Origin: Escherichia phage FXie-2024a | DNA: 53,383 bases | Sequence record: PP107930.1 | Strand: one strand, 5' to 3' | Shown: in pieces, positions 1 to 10,215 of the stretch | Layout: every line of letters starts with the position of its first letter | Numbering within the stretch: position 1 is the stretch's first letter | Made by a program: the position numbers and the translations under genes | Notes under the pieces: generated by a model | Told to the model about the DNA's origin: nothing | Databases searched by the model: none | What the model saw: the letters and a program-made list of their open reading frames with translations, nothing else

Positions 1-127
1 TTATAATATTGCCACAATTCTAGTCTCGTTAATATTGAACAAATTCGAGTCTCCAATATCGTAACAATTCTAGTCTCTTTAATTCTGTAGCAATATTCGA
101 AATAAAAAAAAAATTATAAAAAAAAAA
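1..127. repeat. Left copy of 127-bp terminal direct repeat
   Basis: Bases 1..127 are identical to 53257..53383. Contains internal sub-repeats (CAATTCTAGTCTC twice) and two A-runs. Could be a true terminal redundancy or an assembly overlap. Confidence 0.6.
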
Positions 128-170
128 TTATTTCATAGTCGGATTTCTGTTCGAACAAATTTCGGCGAGA

Positions 171-221
171 TACAGTTGACCGACCGTGAACGAATCTATA
201 TCCAGGTACAGTTGACCGACC
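171..221. repeat. Subterminal direct repeat, TACAGTTGACCGACC x2
   Basis: Perfect 15-bp copies at 171..185 and 207..221, just inside the left terminal repeat. Confidence 0.5.
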
Positions 222-400
222 ATGTACCATTTGGTTTTGAACTTTACGCATTCCTAATATTACTCTTAATATTGTAGCAATATTGGGAATAAGTAATATT
301 TAACTTACTTATTTTATTCTAGCTTAAAGAGAAACGACGCTAACGCATCGAATCTCTTCTCGCATATTAACTGGCAAACGTCAGCCTTCACCATATCCAA

Positions 401-1510
401 TCATAATTCAAATCCACCTAGAGCATCGGTATCAACTTCGGAATCAATCTGCCCGACAAGGTACGAACTAATCTCTGTTTCTTGTGGAGCAACTTGTACA
501 GCATCCGAATTCAACCATGCGTTAATCCAAGGAATCGGGTTAGTTGCACCTTTGAATGGAGCATCCAATCCAACAGCTTGCATACGAATATTCGTGATGT
601 ATTCCACATATCCAGACAAAATTTGCTTGTTTAAGCCAATCATTGAGCCATCTTTGAACAAATAATCAGCCCATTCTTTCTCTTGTTGGGCCACATTTTC
701 GAACATTTCTTGGCACTCTTGACGGCATTCTTTGGCAATTTCTGCCATTTCTGGGTCATCAACGCCGCTTGCAAGAAGGTTCAGCATGTGCTGAGTTCCA
801 GTCAAATGGAGTGCTTCATCACGAGCAATTAAGCGGATAATCTTGGCATTTCCTTCCATCAACTTACGTTCAGCGAAGGCAAATGAGCAAGCAAAGCTGA
901 CATAGAAGCGAATTGCTTCCAGTGCATTGATGGACATGAGGCATAAATATAGCTTCTTCTTAAGCTCATGCAGACTAACTCCGTTGTTGCCTTCTCCGTA
1001 GAGATGCCACAAGGAAGATAGTTCCTGAAGCTCGTCATAATATTGTGAGATGCCAATTGCACGAGAACGAATATGCTCATTCTCTACAATTTCATCAAAG
1101 ATGGCGCTTGGGTCTGTAACAATATTACGAATAATATGAGTGTAAGAACGGGAGTGAATTGTCTCTGAGAAGGACCAAGTTTCAATCCAAGTTTCCAGTT
1201 CAGGAATGCTCACAATTGGCAGCAAAACTGTAGTTGGTCCACGTCCCTGAATGGAATCAAGTAAGATTTGGTATCGTAAATTACTGGTGAAGATGTGTTT
1301 CTCACACTCAGGCAGACCAGCATAGTCAATTCGGTCCTGGCTAACATCAACCTCTTCAGGTCGCCAAAAGAATGATAACTGCTTCTCGATTAACTTCTCG
1401 AATATGCTGTACTTCTGTTGGTCATATCGAGCAACGTTAACGTTCTGACCAAAGAACATTGGTTCTAATAGTTGGTTATTCTTGGTTTGTGAAAAGGTAG
1501 TGTAAGCCAT
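401..1510 (-). CDS. nrdB: Ribonucleotide reductase class Ia beta (R2) subunit
   Basis: 369 aa, near full-length resemblance to E. coli NrdB as recalled from memory ([11 protein letters not shown]..., ferritin-like diiron core, C-terminal NrdA-binding tail). Confidence 0.9.
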   Translation of the reverse strand: MAYTTFSQTKNNQLLEPMFFGQNVNVARYDQQKYSIFEKLIEKQLSFFWRPEEVDVSQDRIDYAGLPECEKHIFTSNLRYQILLDSIQGRGPTTVLLPIVSIPELETWIETWSFSETIHSRSYTHIIRNIVTDPSAIFDEIVENEHIRSRAIGISQYYDELQELSSLWHLYGEGNNGVSLHELKKKLYLCLMSINALEAIRFYVSFACSFAFAERKLMEGNAKIIRLIARDEALHLTGTQHMLNLLASGVDDPEMAEIAKECRQECQEMFENVAQQEKEWADYLFKDGSMIGLNKQILSGYVEYITNIRMQAVGLDAPFKGATNPIPWINAWLNSDAVQVAPQETEISSYLVGQIDSEVDTDALGGFEL

Positions 1511-2064
1511 TACAGATTTCCTAGATACTCATAGAATTTATGTCCACCATAGCGGCCCAGACCTTTGACATTCTTGAAGTTGCACTTCTCTGATGCTGTA
1601 CAAAAGTGAGTTGCTTTGGTGACAGAGGGTTGATTAAATAGTACAAAAGAGATTGCAACATTAATGGTGTCCAGAACTTGTTGTTGTTCCGTGGCATAAT
1701 TAATCTTTGCTACATGCTTCCATTGAGCATTCTTCTTCTTTGCTTCTCGTGTCCATGCAAATTGATTGCGTTGATAGACAACATTACAAACGGTGTTAGC
1801 GAATGGCTTCCCGAACTCTGTTCTATTACGGACGACATTAGCTACCAGAATCTTTCCATGTTTATCTTCACCACGAGCTTCGTACCAGATTACTTTAGTA
1901 TAGCATTCTAGCTCTTTGCGTTGTGAAGAAGATAGTTTCAGACTTCCATTTAAATAGGAATGACTTGCAAAATCTGTAATAGCAGAATTCACTGCCCCAA
2001 CCGAAGCTGGGGCGTTGATGTGAACTAAAGCTGTCAGAAGTGCAAGAACTTTGAATGATAGCAT
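1510..2064 (-). CDS. Cell wall hydrolase (SleB family) endolysin with N-terminal signal or signal-anchor
   Basis: 184 aa; hydrophobic N-terminus [24 protein letters not shown]; SleB-like motifs [17 protein letters not shown]. Confidence 0.6.
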   Translation of the reverse strand: MLSFKVLALLTALVHINAPASVGAVNSAITDFASHSYLNGSLKLSSSQRKELECYTKVIWYEARGEDKHGKILVANVVRNRTEFGKPFANTVCNVVYQRNQFAWTREAKKKNAQWKHVAKINYATEQQQVLDTINVAISFVLFNQPSVTKATHFCTASEKCNFKNVKGLGRYGGHKFYEYLGNL

Positions 2065-2081
2065 TCGAGTTCCTTATCATT

Positions 2082-2423
2082 TCATCGTGCCTTCTTGAAC
2101 CACGTCAAAGGATTAAGTTGTTTGATTGCGCCAGAGAAACTTTCCCTGACAGTTGTAATAATGAGGTTAGCACCGATGACACCAATCACAATAGCCAATA
2201 CTAACTGCATAGTGACGTTAGTCGTGAAAGTCTCAAATGTGCCAGCGACCTGAAATGCAAACAGGCCGATTAAGCTGCATAGCGTCGCATCCAGCAACGC
2301 CTTGCTTAAACCCTCACTCTCGTATGCCCCACGGATTAAAGCCGTCAGGCCAGCCAGCAATCCATGCCAAACGCCATATTGGTGCATGAGGTCGAGAAAC
2401 ATCTGGATAGATAAGCGTTCCAT
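2082..2423 (-). CDS. Putative holin
   Basis: 113 aa with three hydrophobic helices and a charged C-terminus (KKAR), immediately upstream of the endolysin. Confidence 0.45.
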   Translation of the reverse strand: MERLSIQMFLDLMHQYGVWHGLLAGLTALIRGAYESEGLSKALLDATLCSLIGLFAFQVAGTFETFTTNVTMQLVLAIVIGVIGANLIITTVRESFSGAIKQLNPLTWFKKAR

Positions 2424-2430
2424 GATTTCC

Positions 2431-3477
2431 TTAAGCCACTCGTTTCCAGAGGGCGTAGTAGTGAACGGAGTTGGTTACATCAAATGCCGTACCGCTTCCG
2501 GTTGAGGTTGTGGTGTTATTATTTGGGCCACCTGTAGTGAGGGCAGTCCCACCAGTGTTAGCAGCACTAGAGCCACCTGACGTGCCTTTAAAGTTGGGCA
2601 AGTCTACCTGGTGGAAGTGTACCCCACTTTCGCTAGCCGTACCATCCATGTCATGGTAGTGGTCGCCAGCCCACTCAACGTTACGCGTACCCACAGAGCC
2701 AGAGTTGGAGCCAGCAAACAGTACAGGACTGACGTTAGCGTTGTTACCAAACGTAGCTGCGTGGGTGTGGTTCCCGTTAGTTGTGGTACGTCCCGTCACT
2801 GCGTGGGAGTGTGCACCGTTGGGCGTTGAGTTGTGAAGTGGATGCTTGTGGTCTATGGCATGAGTATGCGTCATAGAGTGGGTGTGAGAGGCAATACCGT
2901 GCGTGTGGTTCTGCATTCCGTGAGTGTGTCCAGGAATGTTTGGCACAGCAAGAGTTACAGTATCAGAGCCACCAGTTGAGCCAATCTGACCTTCGGTTGT
3001 ACCAGCTTCGGCAGAGGTAGCAGCACGGACAGAACGACCATCGACAATTTGTTCCCACACAGTTCCTGTGAAGGAGTTGTTTGGGTTGGTGGCATTCTCG
3101 AACTTTAACACAATTCCAATTGGGTAGATGGCGTTGTAGATATTGTTGGCATTAATCAGTTCTCTCCACGGGGTCCAAGTCCGGACCCCAGCTCCCTGGT
3201 CTTGAGAACGAATCCACATACGGAGGTTGCCGAAGTTTGTATATCTCTGTATACAGTTGTCAGAAGTACCGGCATGGGTGAGAAGAACTTCCAAGTTGCC
3301 AGCTTCGGCACCAGCAGGGTATCCATTTGCCACTGTTGCGTTTGCGTTCTGGTTCTGGGGGAACGTACCTACATTATCTCTTCCCCACATATCGTTGATG
3401 TTCTTGGTCCCCAAGGAATCTACACTTTTAGCATAGTGTTCCTGGACCAGCGCATCTAAAGAATAACCTTTAGCCAT
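2431..3477 (-). CDS. Tail fiber protein, distal tip with His-x-His repeats
   Basis: 348 aa; run of HTHGMQNHTHGIASHTHSMTHTHAIDHKH resembling metal-binding HxH motifs of T4-type fiber tips; Gly/Thr-rich C-terminus. Confidence 0.6.
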   Translation of the reverse strand: MAKGYSLDALVQEHYAKSVDSLGTKNINDMWGRDNVGTFPQNQNANATVANGYPAGAEAGNLEVLLTHAGTSDNCIQRYTNFGNLRMWIRSQDQGAGVRTWTPWRELINANNIYNAIYPIGIVLKFENATNPNNSFTGTVWEQIVDGRSVRAATSAEAGTTEGQIGSTGGSDTVTLAVPNIPGHTHGMQNHTHGIASHTHSMTHTHAIDHKHPLHNSTPNGAHSHAVTGRTTTNGNHTHAATFGNNANVSPVLFAGSNSGSVGTRNVEWAGDHYHDMDGTASESGVHFHQVDLPNFKGTSGGSSAANTGGTALTTGGPNNNTTTSTGSGTAFDVTNSVHYYALWKRVA

Positions 3478-3485
3478 TTTGAATC

Positions 3486-4868
3486 CTATAAAGTTGAAAC
3501 TTGCTCATCTGTCAGTGCAGAGTTCCACATTCTGAACGAGCGTAGTGCAAACTCGGAGCTTGTGGCACTCAACAGTGACCAAGCTGATAAAGTAGGTCTG
3601 CGGTTATTTATACCTAATGCTGGCAAAGTATGTTGGATAAGCAGAACACCATCTATGAATATTCTTGCATAACCCCCGGATACAACTACACAGACCCTAA
3701 ACCACTTCCCTGTTCCCGGGGCACCAATCACCTTGTAAGTGTTGTTCAATACACCGTCTTGCCTTCTGTATCGCAGAACTATTCCACCATCGTAGCAAAC
3801 CAAAACCTTAAGAACTTCCATACCAAATCCGCACTGCCAGTTCCCATCTGCTGTTCCAGTGTGTGAGATACGCTGAAAGTCTGCACAAATGGTAAATTTA
3901 CCATTTGTGTCTGCTATCTGAGTGTTATTGTACCAGTTAAACCCGTTGCCTGTGGGGTTCGCATAGGACAGCACCCCACCCAAAGCTTCGTTATAATTTG
4001 GTACGTGATCGAAAGAGTTAAACACGCCATTACCCCGAATAATGTTCAAAGATTTAATCAAGGACATTTCGTATGACGGAGGTACGTGTGCATAGTTTGG
4101 TTCTTGTGCAGCCTTCAAACCTGGGAAGGTAAGCTCTGTAACAATCTTAGACTTACTTGAAGTGGTTCCAGTCTCGGCAAATCCTGTTGTATCATTGATA
4201 CCTATCAGGTAGTTACCATTCTTCAACCACAATCCATCACCGCGCAGTATTTGAGCAGTCTTGGACTCGTTGAAGTATGCAGTTGGCATAGTCACCGGAC
4301 CAGTATATGTCCCGCCAGTAACAGGAACAGCACCAACCTGAACAGCAGTCAGTTTGTGTGGGTTGTTGTAATCTGTTACGTGGGCCTGTACAAGAGCACG
4401 GTAGCTTGCAACTAGTGAGTCCATTTCTGCTCGGTTATATGTTCCAACCTGTGCAGCAGTTACTTGGTGTGGGTTTGCTCGGTTTGCAATATGACTGTTA
4501 ATTGCAGATACAATAGAATCATAGTTTGCACGAGATACCTGAATGGCGCTCGGACTCCATTGAGATGGGTTGGCACTTGGTGCCAGAGTCTTGCTTGGGT
4601 TTGTTACAGTACAAACATAAATAGTTTTGTTTGTTTCGTCCCAAGCCAAACTGCCAACACCGTAAGAAACATCACCACCCCATTCGAAGATTCCACGCTC
4701 TGCCTGAGCAAGCATTGTGGTATCAACTTTGTATTGGAGATAGTTTAAAACTTGGTAGGTTGGTATTTCAGCAACCCAACCTTGGAGATACTTCGCATCT
4801 CCTGGGTCACGTCTGGCTACACTGTTATTTGAAGTCCATACGCGGTTTAGTTTAGGACGTAATGCCAT
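3486..4868 (-). CDS. Tail fiber protein
   Basis: 460 aa; fiber-type repeats (NPHQVTAAQVG, NPHKLTAVQVG, GGTYTGPVTM) shared with the adjacent 381-aa protein. Confidence 0.55.
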   Translation of the reverse strand: MALRPKLNRVWTSNNSVARRDPGDAKYLQGWVAEIPTYQVLNYLQYKVDTTMLAQAERGIFEWGGDVSYGVGSLAWDETNKTIYVCTVTNPSKTLAPSANPSQWSPSAIQVSRANYDSIVSAINSHIANRANPHQVTAAQVGTYNRAEMDSLVASYRALVQAHVTDYNNPHKLTAVQVGAVPVTGGTYTGPVTMPTAYFNESKTAQILRGDGLWLKNGNYLIGINDTTGFAETGTTSSKSKIVTELTFPGLKAAQEPNYAHVPPSYEMSLIKSLNIIRGNGVFNSFDHVPNYNEALGGVLSYANPTGNGFNWYNNTQIADTNGKFTICADFQRISHTGTADGNWQCGFGMEVLKVLVCYDGGIVLRYRRQDGVLNNTYKVIGAPGTGKWFRVCVVVSGGYARIFIDGVLLIQHTLPALGINNRRPTLSAWSLLSATSSEFALRSFRMWNSALTDEQVSTL

Positions 4869-6014
4869 TTATGGCCTCATTAGCATTGATTGTTGATATG
4901 CGGTAAGTGTTGGGTAACAAATAATCTCTTCCACATACACAGCATTTGTAAAGCTCATGTTGGTAAGAAGGGTATTCATTGATGTGTATCCAGCAGACGG
5001 GGCCATTATAGACCTTGCCATAATGGCATTGCCAGATGCATCTCTCCCATACATGATTACTGATGTTGGACAGCTTACGTCAAAGCCTGTGAAAGTTACT
5101 GTGTTGTCATCCACCTTAAGCCCACCAGAGTTATGGAATACTGGTGTCCCTGAGGTAAATATTTTCCACCCACGTACAGAATACCCATCGTTCAAACTCC
5201 TCGACATGTTCATTCTGAGGTATGGTGTGGGTAGTGCGAATCTGTTTCCCCAACGAATCTGGAACTCACTGTAGTTGAGTTCTGTCATCACTTGGTACTC
5301 CACACCTCCAACACTCCAGGCCACATTGCCGAGGGCATCAATAGATAGAACCAAGTTACCACTTCTGAATTCGACTCGTCCAGTAGTACCATCCATGCTT
5401 ATTTTCTTGTTCGCTGCAAGAAGCATCCCATCAAGGAAAGTTACAGGGCCAGTGAACGTACCACCAGATGTTGGAAGAGTCCCAACCTGTTCTGGAGTTT
5501 CCTGGTGAACCTTACCTTCCTGTAGCTTATGATGTATGATAGTCTGTGGGTCGGTTGGACTTCCGAAAGCAGTATCTATATACTCTTTAGTCCGACTTTT
5601 GTCGGTGAGCGTTTCCACAGTATCTTGGTGTGGGTTTGTTGCTGCCATATGATTATCATAAATAAGTTTCAATGCTGAAACATCATTCAGATAATCAACA
5701 GTCTTCATGTCTAGGATTTGTTCCCATCCAGAGGCAACCTTGATTTGCACAACACCATTAAGAACAGACACTGCACCAGTTTGATAAGTAACACTGCTAT
5801 CAAACTCTGCCACACCAGAGAAGAGTAAAGATATAATCTTTAAATCACTAATCTGGGAAAGGAAGTTTTGCCACTCATTTGGTGGCTTCTCGACTTCCCA
5901 GCCCATGTCTGCATATCGGTTTGCAACATAACTTATGTTTGTTGTGTCCAAATCAGGGTCAGCAACTTCACCGTCTTGCGCCCAAGGGAATTTAAATGTT
6001 AAACGATTAGCCAT
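4869..6014 (-). CDS. Tail fiber protein (proximal)
   Basis: 381 aa; shares NPHQ and GGTFTGPVTF motifs with the 460-aa fiber; follows baseplate genes. Confidence 0.5.
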   Translation of the reverse strand: MANRLTFKFPWAQDGEVADPDLDTTNISYVANRYADMGWEVEKPPNEWQNFLSQISDLKIISLLFSGVAEFDSSVTYQTGAVSVLNGVVQIKVASGWEQILDMKTVDYLNDVSALKLIYDNHMAATNPHQDTVETLTDKSRTKEYIDTAFGSPTDPQTIIHHKLQEGKVHQETPEQVGTLPTSGGTFTGPVTFLDGMLLAANKKISMDGTTGRVEFRSGNLVLSIDALGNVAWSVGGVEYQVMTELNYSEFQIRWGNRFALPTPYLRMNMSRSLNDGYSVRGWKIFTSGTPVFHNSGGLKVDDNTVTFTGFDVSCPTSVIMYGRDASGNAIMARSIMAPSAGYTSMNTLLTNMSFTNAVYVEEIICYPTLTAYQQSMLMRP

Positions 6015-6655
6015 TATGTCTCCGGCGGATAGTCTTTAGAACTGAACACCAGGTCGATAACGCCATTGTTATCTTTAAGTGTTACAGTGATTCCAACGGG
6101 TTTAAATCTCGGAATCATGTGGGCCAGCATAACCTTGTCAGCAACTGACAAACTCTCATGAACTATGTAATCCATGCGCTTAAACCCTTCCTTAATCTCA
6201 AGGTCTAAGTCACGTCCAATTATAAGTTCAAGGTAAGTTATGATTTGTTCAATGTTGCAGTTGCCAGTTATCTTCGTAATCCTGGCATGTATTGCATTCT
6301 TAAGTTGCTCATCAGTACGGACAAAGTCCCCAGAGTCTCTGTCGTAGTCTGACTTCAAGATGCCGCCAACATCAGGATTATTATCATCCCCAGCTGGAAA
6401 TGCAGATGGCTCACGGTAGAAGCCAAAGTACCCAAGTGGCTTGGCACCAATTATGACACGCTCAGTTCCGACAATGTATGCAATATCGTCAACCATTACG
6501 CCAAACGAATCTGCTAGGTAACGATACTTAACAGAATCGGACATGGCTTGTTTAACTTCAGCAAACTCTTCTATGAAGATTGAGATATATTTCTTTAAGT
6601 TTGGTGAGTTGTAATACTGAGATAACAACATCCCCAAGCCATGTTTAATAGCCAT
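6014..6655 (-). CDS. Baseplate or tail-fiber attachment protein
   Basis: 213 aa; position between the baseplate J-like gene and the fibers. Confidence 0.35.
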   Translation of the reverse strand: MAIKHGLGMLLSQYYNSPNLKKYISIFIEEFAEVKQAMSDSVKYRYLADSFGVMVDDIAYIVGTERVIIGAKPLGYFGFYREPSAFPAGDDNNPDVGGILKSDYDRDSGDFVRTDEQLKNAIHARITKITGNCNIEQIITYLELIIGRDLDLEIKEGFKRMDYIVHESLSVADKVMLAHMIPRFKPVGITVTLKDNNGVIDLVFSSKDYPPET

Positions 6656-6656
6656 G

Positions 6657-7814
6657 TTACACCGTTATGTCAGTGAATGTGATATTAGCTTCCAGACCTT
6701 GAGCACGTTTATCAATGTCGAGTTCTATTGTTGCAGTACTTGTCGGATTTGCAGACAGGCCAATGAACAATGATTCAACCTCAATATATTGTACGGCAGA
6801 CATAATTGGTCCAAACATGTTTGACCAAACTACATCATCGCCAGGTTGTAGGCTATTCAAGTAACTTATCGCAGCAGCCTGTAATCTTTGTGCAGCATCG
6901 TTGGAACTAATGTTTGCAGAAGCCCTGCGACGGAAAGTACCTTTGACAAAGATTGGAGTACGAACTGGACGACTAAACTTGATTGGGTGTGGGTAGCCAC
7001 GAGAGTCGTTGATTGTGATTTCAATGTCACCATGAGTAGGAACACCACCAGTTTTGGCATTATAAATGCGTCGAGCAATGTCGTTACTCGTGCCACCATC
7101 AACTACAACAAAGACAGTGCCTGGAGGCTGACTGCCAATAGCAGCATCGGTATCATTATCACGAACACGAATGTAATCAATATCGAGGTCAGCGAGTGAA
7201 GCATAGATGGCTTCTGCCGTTGTGGCCGAATTGACTGCCGTTGTTTTGTCACGGCGTGCTCGGAGTTCTGGGTCAGACTCATAGTCTATTCCTGTTGTCC
7301 CAATTGTTGGGTTGGTTACAGAAGTCCAACCTGCAATAGGAGTCAGAATGTTAATGATTGTGTCGGCAGCAATGTAGTATTCACCAGGTTCAGTTGCAAC
7401 AGCAGTAACATCACCAGGCAGGGTTACATCTGTATCCAGCCTGAATTGACGACTGCCATCACTTACAAGCGAGCCAGCAGGAACCAGAGTGCCAGCAGTA
7501 CCATCGCAATACACAGTTGCTTGGGATGGCTTATTAACATATCGCTTAGTATTGGTAAGTTCGCAAACATTATCAAGTCCGACTCCTTCAACAGCGCCAG
7601 GTCGATATGCGTTGAACACTTGCTGGGCTTGTTCCCAACACGATGCAATCTCGTCTGATACTATCCCGATAACCTGCCCATCTGGGGACTCAGGACTTAC
7701 ATCAAAGTTGGCACCAAACGCTGCAATGAATTTGTTATTAAGGCTTTTAACAACTTCTGTGACGGGCTTTCTTACAAACCCGTCCTCTGTTACACCATAT
7801 TGTATTGTAGCCAT
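6657..7814 (-). CDS. Baseplate J-like protein
   Basis: 385 aa; size and position match baseplate J family of contractile-tail phages. Confidence 0.5.
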   Translation of the reverse strand: MATIQYGVTEDGFVRKPVTEVVKSLNNKFIAAFGANFDVSPESPDGQVIGIVSDEIASCWEQAQQVFNAYRPGAVEGVGLDNVCELTNTKRYVNKPSQATVYCDGTAGTLVPAGSLVSDGSRQFRLDTDVTLPGDVTAVATEPGEYYIAADTIINILTPIAGWTSVTNPTIGTTGIDYESDPELRARRDKTTAVNSATTAEAIYASLADLDIDYIRVRDNDTDAAIGSQPPGTVFVVVDGGTSNDIARRIYNAKTGGVPTHGDIEITINDSRGYPHPIKFSRPVRTPIFVKGTFRRRASANISSNDAAQRLQAAAISYLNSLQPGDDVVWSNMFGPIMSAVQYIEVESLFIGLSANPTSTATIELDIDKRAQGLEANITFTDITV

Positions 7815-8161
7815 GTTACAGTTTCCGAAATATCGCCATAGTCAGAGATGGCTACGAATGAAATATTAAGTTGGCGAGTCCTGAAATCAGCATCAATGTC
7901 AATAGACAAGAGTTGCTGAACACCCTCAGTACCACGGATAATGTTTGCAACTGCCGACTCTATGTCAGATACACGGACCTGCTTAGTGAAAATGGATTCA
8001 TACCAAGGAAGACCAATAGTGTCATCCAAAGCCCACTCACCAAATAATGTCAACAGTCTGCACTTAACCAACTGGGCCACCTGAGCGGCCCCTGATATAC
8101 GTGTTGCACCACGCCCAATAATAATGTCGTGGTTTGAATCTAAAGCTAAATTACCAGCCAT
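7790..8161 (-). CDS. Baseplate wedge protein (GPW/gp25-like)
   Basis: 123 aa; small protein immediately upstream of the J-like gene. Confidence 0.45.
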   Translation of the reverse strand: MAGNLALDSNHDIIIGRGATRISGAAQVAQLVKCRLLTLFGEWALDDTIGLPWYESIFTKQVRVSDIESAVANIIRGTEGVQQLLSIDIDADFRTRQLNISFVAISDYGDISETVTWLQYNMV

Positions 8162-8976
8162 TATTTCATCGGCCCAACATCGCCGCCTTCTGGGTTAGTG
8201 TGGGTGTGACCATCAACCTTAATACCATTAAGAGTGAGGGAGCCAGTTTGAGTCATGTTGCCGTCCATCTTGAAGTTGCCAGTGAACGTTGCAGTAGAAC
8301 CATCTTTAGTTCCAGATACAGCCATGCCACCTAAAACAGTTAAGGATTTGGTGACTGTTGTGTCGCCGTCCAATGTAATCTGCGGCGCTTTAACTGTTGC
8401 TTGCGACGTAACTTCAATTAAAATCTCCGAATCTTTCGTGATTTGAATCTTGGCAGCACCCGTAATGATTTCAATTAAACCACTTGAGTGCATTGTCAGT
8501 CGCTGGCTTCTGTCTGCGTTACGAAGTTCTGTAACCTCGCCAGCAAATCCGGCAATAACTTTTGGAATTGGTTGAGTACCAATTGTGCATACGGCAGCAT
8601 TGTGTGAGAACAATTGGCTGAATGCTGGTGAAGGTCTTGAACCAATCATGCCAGCAACATCTTTGTTCTCTGATAACCAGTGGTCGATGCCACGTTGTGA
8701 GAAGTGTACATAACATGGAGTGCCATCAGGAACAGGGTGGGTTAAACTCCAACCACCACCCTGAATAAACTGAACAGGAACTCCCTGCAATCTCTGCTTA
8801 GGTTGTAATGTATATGCTTCTGCATAACCAACAAATAAGTTTTCAATTGCAAGCTGCACTTCACACGTTTGTGTTACGGCATCGAAATTGTAAATATGCC
8901 CTGGATAACTGGTATTAATATCTGGAGCATTTTGATTGTTGTTATGACTAGCCACGTTCAAGAACACTCGCATCAA
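8161..8976 (-). CDS. Baseplate spike or hub protein (gpV-like)
   Basis: 271 aa; beta-rich C-terminus with GHTHT motif; position in baseplate cluster. Confidence 0.45.
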   Translation of the reverse strand: MMRVFLNVASHNNNQNAPDINTSYPGHIYNFDAVTQTCEVQLAIENLFVGYAEAYTLQPKQRLQGVPVQFIQGGGWSLTHPVPDGTPCYVHFSQRGIDHWLSENKDVAGMIGSRPSPAFSQLFSHNAAVCTIGTQPIPKVIAGFAGEVTELRNADRSQRLTMHSSGLIEIITGAAKIQITKDSEILIEVTSQATVKAPQITLDGDTTVTKSLTVLGGMAVSGTKDGSTATFTGNFKMDGNMTQTGSLTLNGIKVDGHTHTNPEGGDVGPMK

Positions 8977-9316
8977 TAACGAACAGTGAGAGTTGCTTGT
9001 AGCTTACAACCTCTTGTCCAGGGAATACCGTATTTGTTGCATACATGTTCGGAAGTGGCGTCGAGTATTGTTCAAGAATATCAACACCACAACGGATAGG
9101 GATTCCGAATATTTTATTCGTTGCTCCCCAAGCCAAATCAAACATGTAGCAGTTCAAATACGAGTTTAAATAAAGGGCAGACATTTTAACTGTGACGCCA
9201 GAGAACTCAAAGGATACATCCTTGGAAACATCAAACGGGACAGTCTTCACATAGCCTGTGGGAAGTAGGCTAATGATTTCATTAAATGCCTGTGCTTGTG
9301 TTTCAGCGTTTGTCAC
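8948..9316 (-). CDS. Hypothetical tail/baseplate protein
   Basis: 122 aa ORF in the tail operon; overlaps neighbours in operon style. Confidence 0.35.
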   Translation of the reverse strand: MTNAETQAQAFNEIISLLPTGYVKTVPFDVSKDVSFEFSGVTVKMSALYLNSYLNCYMFDLAWGATNKIFGIPIRCGVDILEQYSTPLPNMYATNTVFPGQEVVSYKQLSLFVIDASVLERG

Positions 9317-10215
9317 AGGAGAACACCCTTAACAGAAGATATTGGAGAATTAAGTAACTCAAGTTTGCCCTTGAGGTTGGCAAGTTGTGTCACAGAAGAT
9401 ACACCAAATACATCACCCAATCCTGGGAGAGGGACGCCACCAAGCGCACCCATACCTAAGTTTGTTGCAGTCTTGGCAAAGTCGGAATAGTCGTACATTG
9501 ATTCCATTGCCTTTCTTGCTTCCACCGCCAAGGCATCCGTGCCTATTGTTTGAAGCTCCTCCAACAGAATCTCAACTGCCAGCATTGACGAAGTGTTCTT
9601 GTCGTGCTTCGCCTTAATGGACGTCACTACACAGTTCAGGTACGGGCCGAGTATTGTGGAAATGTAGAGCTTCTTTCCCGTTGTTCGGAAATTGTTAAAC
9701 AAATCGTAGGTTGATTGAATTCGGTTGCTTGTTTCAAATGTTGAAGCAACAGCGCCAATTGCACTACCCATAACAGACAAAGCTGGGGAGTTGAAGATTG
9801 CACCAGTTGCTACAGACAAGCCTTGTAGTGAAGCAGACCACATTGAAGAGTTTTGCATGTTGACAGCAACAGCAGTCAGCTTCAAGACCCGGTTCTGTTT
9901 AATAACATGGTCACTGACAAGAAAGTTAGAGCTTACAGGGAACTTGGTTACAGTTGATGCGGCTTCGTGTTCCTCACTAACCATTGCATCAAATTTAAAA
10001 GAACTAAAACTTTCTGGAAGAGAATCGCCAACAAGCGGGATACTTTCCAGTGCACGAGATATGCCACCAGTTATGCTACCAAGGAAAGAGTCATCATCTT
10101 CCTTTTGGTCAACTTCTCCGTTGGACCACATAATAATTGAAGGGTGATGCCCATAGCTAAAGTTCTTTAGAACACCAGACGCACTCTCAATTAAGTTTGT
10201 ATCGAAAATAGACAT
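9313..10215 (-). CDS. Hypothetical tail/baseplate protein
   Basis: 300 aa ORF in the tail operon; 4-nt overlap with the downstream gene. Confidence 0.4.
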   Translation of the reverse strand: MSIFDTNLIESASGVLKNFSYGHHPSIIMWSNGEVDQKEDDDSFLGSITGGISRALESIPLVGDSLPESFSSFKFDAMVSEEHEAASTVTKFPVSSNFLVSDHVIKQNRVLKLTAVAVNMQNSSMWSASLQGLSVATGAIFNSPALSVMGSAIGAVASTFETSNRIQSTYDLFNNFRTTGKKLYISTILGPYLNCVVTSIKAKHDKNTSSMLAVEILLEELQTIGTDALAVEARKAMESMYDYSDFAKTATNLGMGALGGVPLPGLGDVFGVSSVTQLANLKGKLELLNSPISSVKGVLL

